Part shown: piece after piece, positions 18,727 to 25,587 of the stretch
How positions within the stretch are numbered: the stretch's first letter is position 1
How the letters are laid out: every line of letters begins with the position of its first letter
From: Candidatus Kuenenia stuttgartensis
GTDB taxonomy: Bacteria > Planctomycetota > Brocadiia > Brocadiales > Brocadiaceae
Assembly: GCF_900232105.1 (NCBI RefSeq)
Contig: NZ_LT934425.1
Location: 1,770,001-1,802,000 of the forward strand
DNA length: 32,000 bases
Direction of reading: 5' to 3'
Notes under the pieces: generated by a model
Told to the model about the DNA's origin: nothing
Seen by the model: only the letters and a program-made list of their open reading frames with translations
Database searches by the model: none
Translations under genes and position numbers: made by a program

Positions 18727-18855
18727 TGCAACACTTTAGTTTTTTAAAAAAGACTAACGTGTTACAAAATTGCGTGTTTTATTGAAATATAGGGACGCAT
18801 CCCTTATTTTTCCACCAGATCAAGCAAGCAATATGGGAAGTGTCCCCTAATTCCC
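18727..18855. repeat. Dispersed repeat copy 2
   Basis: aacactttagttttttaaaaaa...gcgtgttttattgaaatatAGGGACGCATCCCTTATTTTTCCACCAGATCAAGCAAGCAATATGGGAAGTGTCCCCTAATTCC. Confidence 0.75.
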
Positions 18856-18881
18856 TTTCGCGCGTCGGCAGCAGTGCCGTG

Positions 18882-19244
18882 TTAGCTGCGCTGTTGGCAC
18901 TCAATTGCTTGGATATTTTCTATCTTAAGCTTGCGTGTATCCGGCCAATAAATAGTTGTTACATTAAACGAAAAACGATGCTTATCAAAAAACCGATGAA
19001 ATTCTTTTTTTAACAATGCAAAGATAGTAATTGAGATTCTCTTCGACGCCTTGAGTGGATCAATCTTTAGATTAGAGTATTTAAAATTCCATGCGGTCCT
19101 ACCTTGTAGAAATAGTTGTTCTTCGACGAGGTCAGGCAGGGCCGGAAGATACTTCGCTTCCAGCTCGCGCTTTACCCAAAACCGCACGGTATACAATTCT
19201 TTGGAAAGGATAAGATCATTTTCTTCTGGCATGTCCGTTATCAC
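18882..19244 (-). CDS. Hypothetical protein (possible gene-cassette ORF)
   Basis: 120-aa ORF MITDMPEENDLILSKELYTVRFWVKRELEAKYLP...; stop codon lies in AGCTAAC. Confidence 0.45.
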   Translation of the reverse strand: MITDMPEENDLILSKELYTVRFWVKRELEAKYLPALPDLVEEQLFLQGRTAWNFKYSNLKIDPLKASKRISITIFALLKKEFHRFFDKHRFSFNVTTIYWPDTRKLKIENIQAIECQQRS

Positions 19245-19314
19245 TTGAAGCGGTTAAATTTATATCAGACTTCCCAAATGTCACATTATTTTACGGCAAT
19301 TATGAAATATATTT

Positions 19315-19563
19315 TTATTTGTATGCCTTACTGCTAAGTGCTTGAATCATATTGGCGAACTCCAGAAATATAATCATATATGCAGTTGCAACTTGTTCAT
19401 GATCTTTGTTTATAGTTGACAAGTATGCTACGGTTGCGGGAATACATCTTGTGGTCGGGTTTAAGTACGCGGCTCCCTCGTAATGATCGTCGACTTCATC
19501 AACATTGATCATGACCCGCCCTTCCGCACTTCCTTGATAGTAGCCGATCCATTGCCCCTTCAT
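19315..19563 (-). CDS. Hypothetical protein, probably truncated
   Basis: MKGQWIGYYQGSAEGRVMINVDEVDDHYEGAAYLNP; good SD GGGAGGATTATG placed about 10 nt after the attC-like R' box. Confidence 0.5.
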   Translation of the reverse strand: MKGQWIGYYQGSAEGRVMINVDEVDDHYEGAAYLNPTTRCIPATVAYLSTINKDHEQVATAYMIIFLEFANMIQALSSKAYK

Positions 19564-19578
19564 AATCCTCCCTTCAGT

Positions 19579-19650
19579 GCATAACGACCAAGCTCGCCTG
19601 CCGCTATGGAGCGTAGCGGAATAGCGGTCAGGTGGAGTGCTTTGTTAGGC
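19579..19650 (-). other. Candidate integron attC (59-be-like) site 1
   Basis: Minus strand: GCCTAAC AAAGCACTCCACCTGACCGCTATTCCGCTACGCTCCATAGCGGCAGGCGAGCTTGGTC GTTATGC. Perfect R'' (RYYYAAC), near-consensus R', 72 bp, strongly self-complementary with central stem. The stop codon of the upstream ORF is inside R''. Confidence 0.6.
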
Positions 19651-19923
19651 TTTCTTTGTTTTTACCTTACGCTTTTGTGACAGCAGCGGAATTAAACAAC
19701 GCAAAGCCCTATTCACAGATTCTGAGTCTGGGAAATACGCTCTAACATCTGGTTCTAGTATAACCGACCCCTCTTTTGGCGTCACATCCTTAACAACAGT
19801 TGTGCCATTTGCTTCATGAACAGTAATTGTATATCCAGCCTGCATGGCTCTATAATGCTTACCACGTACTCCACTACTGAAATCATATTTAGCGCGCATA
19901 TCGTTATTCTCAAGCTGTGCCAT
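19645..19923 (-). CDS. Putative antitoxin-like protein paired with a BrnT-like toxin remnant
   Basis: MAQLENNDMRAKYDFSSGVRGKHYRAMQAGYTITVHEANGTTVVKDVTPKEGSVILEPDVRAYFPDSESVNRALRCLI. AGGAGGT SD precedes this start, which I prefer to the listed 19944 start. Confidence 0.62.
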   Translation of the reverse strand: MAQLENNDMRAKYDFSSGVRGKHYRAMQAGYTITVHEANGTTVVKDVTPKEGSVILEPDVRAYFPDSESVNRALRCLIPLLSQKRKVKTKKA

Positions 19924-19924
19924 T

Positions 19925-20071
19925 TTATTTACCTCCTTCTTCATAAAGTGACAGCTCCGACTGACTTGCCTTGCGACAACTGATAATACGAATATTTGAA
20001 CTTCGCTCAGTATAAACCACTACCAACACATGACCCTTATCAGAGCTTCCGATGTCAATATTCCTCGGCAT
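19925..20071 (-). pseudogene. BrnT-family toxin, C-terminal remnant
   Basis: 48-aa translation MPRNIDIGSSDKGHVLVVVYTERSSNIRIISCRKASQSELSLYEEGGK matches the BrnT C-terminal pattern (VVYTER..IRIISxRKA...E...Y). The N-terminal half is missing. Confidence 0.6.
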
Positions 20072-20083
20072 CGGGTAAAAACG

Positions 20084-20290
20084 TTATTTTATACAGAGTT
20101 CTTCCCAGAGGGATTGCCAGTCTTTTCCTTTTACCTGCATATCATCCTGTCTTGCTTTGCGCATGTTTTTTATAAACTCAGGATTTTGTGATAAAAGCCA
20201 GTCTTCAAGGTCTTCTTTTGTATCAGCGGTTTCAAAAACACTCAGTGGAAATGTAACTGTCTGCTTTTTTGATTTTTTCCTGGTTAATGC
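20084..20290 (-). CDS. Small antitoxin-like / hypothetical protein
   Basis: MALTRKKSKKQTVTFPLSVFETADTKEDLEDWLLSQNPEFIKNMRKARQDDMQVKGKDWQSLWEELCIK; aaagaaagga SD-like sequence upstream of this internal ATG. Confidence 0.5.
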   Translation of the reverse strand, partial: ALTRKKSKKQTVTFPLSVFETADTKEDLEDWLLSQNPEFIKNMRKARQDDMQVKGKDWQSLWEELCIK

Positions 20291-20408
20291 CATGCAATTT
20301 TTCCTTTCTTTTTCTTTATACACCTTCAGAATTAAAACCATCTGCAATCAGAATTCCACCGTCCAAAATCCTGACACAGCGAAAGCTTAACCATCTTTCA
20401 ACACAGAA

Positions 20409-20537
20409 TCAATAATCAATAATTAAGTATGGTGTCCCCAGAATTACCTCATGGCTGCCTTTTCGATTAATTTCTTTAAATTCCATCCGTTTTAAAGCTG
20501 CCAAAACCTCTCGTCCTGATAATATCTGGAGTTTCAT
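20409..20537 (-). pseudogene. hicA: HicA-like mRNA interferase toxin, truncated at the 3' end by a repeat fragment
   Basis: 42-aa MKLQILSGREVLAALKRMEFKEINRKGSHEVILGTPYLIIDY; SGREVLAALK...GSHEVI is HicA-like. After about codon 33 the sequence becomes a dispersed repeat (attctggggacaccatacttaatt). Confidence 0.65.
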
Positions 20538-20734
20538 ATCGCCACTTCATAAACTTTGTGTTTACTGTTTTCTGTTAAGTCCTCGTCAGGTTCTAAATAT
20601 AATTCTATTGCTTCCCGAATATTCTGCAATGCCTCATCTTCTGTCCTTCCCTGACTCCAACAGCTTTTTAACGATGGACAATATGCAGCAAAGTAACCAT
20701 CTTCTCCTTGCTCCAGTATAACTTTTATTTTCAT
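20534..20734 (-). CDS. hicB: HicB-family antitoxin
   Basis: MKIKVILEQGEDGYFAAYCPSLKSCWSQGRTEDEALQNIREAIELYLE is the HicB signature; ATGA overlap with the hicA-like start. Confidence 0.88.
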   Translation of the reverse strand: MKIKVILEQGEDGYFAAYCPSLKSCWSQGRTEDEALQNIREAIELYLEPDEDLTENSKHKVYEVAI

Positions 20735-20946
20735 ATCTTTTATTCTCCTCGTTGAGTTTTATTAATCTATCATATTTATCGAGTAGTCATGGCAATAGTC
20801 GTTGATTCTAATTCCTACCGCAGTTACTTTGATTTGGTATTCTGCCATCCAAAACTATCTCAAAATAACTGAAATCCACAACAATGACACGTCTCTTTGC
20901 CGTACTAAAACATTTATGAATATGGGGAAAGCAACCTTTTTCCTCT

Positions 20947-21735
20947 TTATTGGTTGAGTAACTGTTCTATTTCCTTTTCCAGTTCTTCTTTTCTTACTGG
21001 ATCAATAGTTTGTTGCCATATTTTTAAGAGGTTGCTTGATTCATAAATTTTTTGCCGTTCTTCGGGAGTAACTTCAATAGTATCGAGCAACGATTTTGCC
21101 TCATTTTGCATAATTTTTGGAAAAAACTTTAATACATCAAAGCTATCAAGACTAGCCTCTAGCGTGCTTTGGGCAAGAAGGACTTTTGCTATAGCTTTGC
21201 TGGCATCGGAAATTTTTTTCTCGGCTTGTTAGGCATGTTCTAAAGCCTTTTTCGCATCTTCACGCTCTTTTTTTGCTTCATTATATTGCCAATAAGCAAC
21301 AACTAAAAGAAAAATAGAAATGAACGTCGCAACATGATTAATATACTGGTTAAACCACTGGATACGCTTTTTCTGATAGTGCCCACAGTGAAAGCATATC
21401 TTTGCATTTTGTTTAATTTTCTCTTTGCAATAATAGCAGTCTACATTTTGATTTTCAGTAATTTGTTTTTTGTGATAATTGGTGTATCTATCAATCGGAT
21501 ATCTAATCGCCATAATAATCACAAAGACAACGATACCTGAAAATACTCCACCGTAATTATTGCACGTGATCTCAAGGAAAGCAGCGAATTCTGGCCTACT
21601 ATGAATTAAATAGTACAATAAGTAATCTCCAGGATAAAAACAAAGCCACTTAAACCACAACCACACGTCACTAATTGTGGTTGAGCCGCTACAGTTCATA
21701 TCCGCTACGAACCCCCATTCCCTTGGATCGGACAC
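20947..21735 (-). pseudogene. Membrane protein with zinc-ribbon and coiled coil, interrupted by one in-frame TAA
   Basis: ORF 21229..21735 (DMNCSGSTTISDVWLWFKW; CYYCKEKIKQNAKICFHCGHY; TM) ends ...KKALEHA*, and the same frame stays open: QAEKKISDASKAIAKVLLAQSTLEASLDSFDVLKFFPKIMQNEAKSLLDTIEVTPEERQKIYESSNLLKIWQQTIDPVRKEELEKEIEQLLNQ* at 20947. Confidence 0.65.
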
Positions 21736-21858
21736 TTATTATGTCTCCTATTTACGATCCACATATAAAAGTTTTCAAATTACGGCATATCGCTCATAAA
21801 TTATTTTGAGCAATTTTTCTTCCATTTCCTTGTTAATTTTCTTCGTGATCACAAAGAC

Positions 21859-21931
21859 TCCTAACTTTAAATTATGGGGTTTTGGTGGAGCGCCAGCGCA
21901 ACCAAAATCCCTCTTGAACAATTTGTTAGAT
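21859..21931 (-). other. Candidate integron attC (59-be-like) site 2
   Basis: Minus strand: ATCTAAC AAATTGTTCAAGAGGGATTTTGGTTGCGCTGGCGCTCCACCAAAACCCCATAATTTAAA GTTAGGA. Perfect R'' (RYYYAAC), near-consensus R', 73 bp, long imperfect hairpin (GGGATTTTGGT / ACCAAAACCCC), located between two same-strand ORFs. Confidence 0.6.
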
Positions 21932-21942
21932 ATCAAATTTTC

Positions 21943-22836
21943 CTAATAATAAAGTTTTGAAAACCAGTCTTGAAGGTCTTTCAATGAGTCCGTTTTATAA
22001 TGCTCTCCATTTCTTAAGAACTTACCTTCAATAGAAACAGAATACTTCCATTCAAAAGTCCTTCTTGGCCAGATAGCTATAGATGATTTCCAAAAATCTG
22101 AATTAATAATACTATGCCCAAGAGGGAAATAATTTTTCCAACATTTAACAATTTCCTCTTGTTTTTTTATATCAATAATTTCCGCATGACAAAACTGTTT
22201 GAAATTATTTGTTGGTGTAGGATTCCAATTTTCAAGTAAAAGCTGACGAGCATTAAAATCTGTGGCTGGTCCAGAATAACCAAATATGGTTATTTGAAAT
22301 GCTTCTTTTAATTTTTCTGTAACCTTTTCCCAATCTCTTTTTATTAAATTATCATTAGTATAATCTTTATTTTCAACAGGATAAAATAGTTTGCTTTGTT
22401 TTAATGTTGTATTACATATTGTGCATATCTCAGATGGTACACCTAAAATATCATGCTCATTGCATGTTGCAAAAGCTACACAACCATGTAAAAAACGTAT
22501 ATCAGGTAACTTTGCTACATCTTTATTTCTTCTATAAGCTTGGATTAGGAATGGATCCCAATTAAATGTGGCAATAATGTCTTTTGAACGAAGTCCTAAT
22601 ACAAGATAATCATATATCGTTGGATAATCAGGTAAGTGCAAACTTTCAAAATAAGATACAATTGTTTTTTCAATTTTTAATAATTGAGAAGAATAAATGT
22701 CTTTTTGTTTAAGCCATGAAAATTGGCTTTCAAAGTTTCCAGGTGGCGGGCAAGCATTTTCCATTAACTCCTTCCACTCTGCAACTACCCCTTTTATATT
22801 GGGTAATTCGTCTTTCTCTTGTAACATTTTAACCAA
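21943..22836 (-). CDS. SIR2-like (sirtuin-fold) domain protein, possibly missing its N-terminus
   Basis: DIIATFNWDPFLIQAYRR ... LPDIRFLHGCV ... CTICN ... ITIFGYSGPATDFNARQLL is the arrangement typical of SIR2-like domains; no GAGxS-type loop found at the N-terminus. Confidence 0.6.
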   Translation of the reverse strand: MVKMLQEKDELPNIKGVVAEWKELMENACPPPGNFESQFSWLKQKDIYSSQLLKIEKTIVSYFESLHLPDYPTIYDYLVLGLRSKDIIATFNWDPFLIQAYRRNKDVAKLPDIRFLHGCVAFATCNEHDILGVPSEICTICNTTLKQSKLFYPVENKDYTNDNLIKRDWEKVTEKLKEAFQITIFGYSGPATDFNARQLLLENWNPTPTNNFKQFCHAEIIDIKKQEEIVKCWKNYFPLGHSIINSDFWKSSIAIWPRRTFEWKYSVSIEGKFLRNGEHYKTDSLKDLQDWFSKLYY

Positions 22837-22856
22837 TGTATTTATTGCAATTTTTA

Positions 22857-23309
22857 TTATTTAACGGCTTGGGTAACGGGCGCGCCGTAAGGAGCATCCT
22901 GTTGACCTAATGGTGAAGTCACTTTCTTTCCAATGGTTGCGAGGATGAAATCTTCCAGCTTTTCTCTCAATTCCGGTTCATTTTCCCATACGATGTGATT
23001 GTATTACCTTGTATCGAAATTGATATTCTGCGAGTCATCATGTCGGACACACCAGATGACAGGCAGCCCTAAGCCGTATGCAAAACCTGCCTCATAATAG
23101 ACTCCAGGCTTTTGCTGCGTTACATCCGCTACAATAAATCCAGAGTTTCGTATCGCGGCACTGGTTTTCGCATCAATTCGTTCAAGATGCGGCTACGAGT
23201 CCACCCGATATGGCCGATAACCCATGGCTTCAATGTCCGGTGCTATTGCATTCTCGTAGACGGGGAGCAAGGTCTTATCAAATGACATCGCTACGAATGC
23301 TTTGGTTTT
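22857..23309 (-). pseudogene. Nucleoside 2-deoxyribosyltransferase/TIR-like fold (DRHyd-type) protein remnant with two in-frame stops
   Basis: Single frame: TKAFVAMSFDKTLLPVYENAIAPDIEAMGYRPYRVDS*PHLERIDAKTSAAIRNSGFIVADVTQQKPGVYYEAGFAYGLGLPVIWCVRHDDSQNINFDTR*YNHIVWENEPELREKLEDFILATIGKK...; 5' end cut by repeat copy 3. Confidence 0.75.
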
Positions 23310-23311
23310 TA

Positions 23312-23382
23312 AATATAGGGACACTTCCCTTATTTTCCCAAACATGATCACGCAAGCAATATGGGAAGTGCCCCCTAATTAT
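23312..23382. repeat. Dispersed repeat copy 3 (GGGACACTTCCC ... GGGAAGTGCCCC)
   Basis: aaatatAGGGACACTTCCCTTATTTTCCCAAACATGATCACGCAAGCAATATGGGAAGTGCCCCCTAATT matches copies at 18255 and 18792. Confidence 0.75.
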
Positions 23383-23734
23383 CCAAACACATAATCACTA
23401 ATCAAGATGTGACCCCATGCTCTCCTTGTATTCGCGCTTCATGACTTGGGGAAAATCTCTCGTTCCTCCAGCGCACGCCAAAGCCCTTTTAGCGCGTCAT
23501 CTTTGTTAGAGTAGAAGGCCGATTCTCTGACGCGGAAGAACTCCCAGCCGCACCGCTTTAATTGCAGCTGGCGTTGCATATCCTCTTCGTATCGGTTGGG
23601 GCCATGCCAATGGTCACCGTCACACTCGACTGCCAGGCGCGCGTTGCCTCCTTCTATAACAATATCGATTCGCTTGCCAGCGATTTCATACTGCGGAATG
23701 ACGTTGAAACCCCGCCTCGCCAACTCCAATGCAA

Positions 23735-25587
23735 CGGATGTTCACCCCAAGTCAAAAAACAAAAGTGCCGTAAAAGCCTTATATTTATTGACTTTTACGC
23801 CGAACAGCAAGCTTTTTTCTAGTGACTACCCGTATGTTCCGGCTTGGCAATACTTCTGGCAACTTTATCTGTAATGCCTCTAATAATTCATGTGATTGTT
23901 GCCGCGGACGCGGGATCTTCTGGCAACTAGCTTTTTGGCCTTTGATTGTTACTTCCATCGAACAAATGGTCGTCAATTGTGCGAGACCTTCCTCTACCGT
24001 CAAGTCAAAATTCTTCCACGCTCTGCGCAGCCTTCGAATTATCATGTACGCAAGCATTACCACAAACACATGTCCCCGTGTACTATCCTCCTTTCTTACA
24101 TACACCGGACGAACCTCCAAATTCACCGTCTTACAGTCCCGAAACGCCTTCTCCACTTCCGTTAAATCCTTGTATCGTTCATGTACCAGATTGGTATCCG
24201 CCTCGTTCTCCTCAAGATCAGTCTTGATTGCGTAACAACCATCAAGGTATGATGCCTCCTTTAATGCTTCCTCATCTCTCTCTATCTTTAGCGTCCTATC
24301 CTCTTCTTTTATCTGCACCCACCCATCAAGTTTCAATCTCGTTAGCCTTTCCCTTGTTGTTTCCAGTGCCTTCGATACTGACGACTTAGGATGTTCCTTC
24401 AGATAACTGTTCTTCTTCGCGATGTATTTCTCTATACTCTGTAATTTTGATACACGGGTCTTTGACATCTCTTCCGCCCTTACCGGATTGCGCCTCAGAA
24501 TATATCGAACCTCATCATCCTTTATCTCGCAGAGCTTTTCTTCGAACAATCCTAATTGCAGTATCCCTTTATTTATCAACGACTCTATCTGCGGCTTGGT
24601 TATCGCCGTTATGTAATGAAACCCTTCCGGTAAACTTTCGATTTGCACCGTCTTGATCATCCCACGATCTCCTACAATCGTTACATCTTTGCATCCAAAC
24701 CGCTCTAATACCTTCTTTACCTGAGATTCAAAGGTCTTCGGATCCTGGGTGTTGCCCCTAAATACTTCTGTTGATACCGGCTCCCCGGATTCATCACAAA
24801 GCATACCGATCACTATCTGTTTTTTCCTCTTTTTGCCGTCACGATTATACCCGTACTCACCAAAATGATTCGACTTCCCCTCTAAATAACTGCTCGTCAC
24901 GTCATACAAAAACAACTTCGGCTTATTGCCTCCTCGTCTTAACTCAAACAGCTTTCGCTCTATCTTTGCCTGATTCTCTGACAACCATGACAAATTATCG
25001 TACAGATTGTTCTCGTCAAACCCACGCTTCATATCCAGGACGTCACCCGCAGCATGTATCTGCGCCAGCCTTACTGCAGACAGTCTTGACCCCTGGCCTA
25101 TTACCCTTGCCATTACTTGCCAAAGCGCCAGCTTTCCTTCAAAGTCCTTTCCCAATGCCTCTTCTATCCCTAATTCCTTTGCCACTTGGTACACGCTCCA
25201 CGCTGCTCCCACAGACAAACCCTCATGGAGTTTCACCGATTCTGACAATGCGCCCAATGCACAGAGATCGTCTTTATGTGCGAGTGCAAGTCTTATCGCT
25301 TCAATCTCCAGGGGAGTGCAATTCGACAGATTCGCAATGGTGCGTTTCTTGACCTTCCCATCCTCACGGTACGATTCCCGCAGAAGGGTAGATCGATAGA
25401 TTTTTTTACCGGATTTTGACTTGTTCTCTACAATATGCATGTCCACCATTGTACAGATAACAACCATTATCCGTCAAGTATATTGTCGGATAATAACAAT
25501 ATATTAGTGACTACATATTTATTAAAAATACAGCCTTAACAAACTATGTATTAAGCACTTATGCGTTTTGGCAGGGGTGAACATCCG
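23735..25587 (-). mobile_element. IS1634-like insertion sequence, second type
   Basis: 14-bp TIR CGGATGTTCACCCC / GGGGTGAACATCCG; 6-bp target duplication ATGCAA (23729..23734 and 25588..25593); transposase inside; 1853 bp. Confidence 0.95.
23785..25467 (-). CDS. IS1634-family transposase
   Basis: VDMHIVENKSKSGKKIYRSTLLRESYREDGKVKKRTIANLSNCTPLEIEAIRLAL; DVTSSYLEGKSNHFGEYGYNRDGKKRKKQIVIGML; VGDRGMI; LTEVEKAFRDCKTVNLEVRPVYVR. Confidence 0.93.
   Translation of the reverse strand: MVVICTMVDMHIVENKSKSGKKIYRSTLLRESYREDGKVKKRTIANLSNCTPLEIEAIRLALAHKDDLCALGALSESVKLHEGLSVGAAWSVYQVAKELGIEEALGKDFEGKLALWQVMARVIGQGSRLSAVRLAQIHAAGDVLDMKRGFDENNLYDNLSWLSENQAKIERKLFELRRGGNKPKLFLYDVTSSYLEGKSNHFGEYGYNRDGKKRKKQIVIGMLCDESGEPVSTEVFRGNTQDPKTFESQVKKVLERFGCKDVTIVGDRGMIKTVQIESLPEGFHYITAITKPQIESLINKGILQLGLFEEKLCEIKDDEVRYILRRNPVRAEEMSKTRVSKLQSIEKYIAKKNSYLKEHPKSSVSKALETTRERLTRLKLDGWVQIKEEDRTLKIERDEEALKEASYLDGCYAIKTDLEENEADTNLVHERYKDLTEVEKAFRDCKTVNLEVRPVYVRKEDSTRGHVFVVMLAYMIIRRLRRAWKNFDLTVEEGLAQLTTICSMEVTIKGQKASCQKIPRPRQQSHELLEALQIKLPEVLPSRNIRVVTRKKLAVRRKSQ

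Noticed and set aside
19315-20950. CRISPR array or tandem regulatory repeats
   Set aside because: No regularly spaced direct repeats found here or elsewhere in the window; only hairpins and dispersed repeats.
21220-21245. GCCTAAC at the stop of ORF 21229 resembles an attC R'' box
   Set aside because: No paired GTTRRRY box or long hairpin follows, and the reading frame stays open for 94 codons, so a nonsense codon fits better.
22859-22907. ATTTAAC...GTTGACC looked like an attC site upstream of the SIR2-like ORF
   Set aside because: The segment is the in-frame 3' end of the DRHyd-like remnant (...TSPLGQQDAPYGAPVTQAVK*), the second box is off-consensus and the hairpin is weak; kept only as a remote possibility.
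22857-23309. In-frame stops as recoded codons (selenocysteine, pyrrolysine)
   Set aside because: The stops are TAG and TAA (not TGA), other genes here end normally in these codons, and the gene is also truncated at its 5' end; simple decay is more likely.
23822-25399. Several plus-strand ORFs antisense to the IS1634-family transposase
   Set aside because: Low-complexity, no family resemblance, and fully overlapped by a convincing transposase on the other strand.
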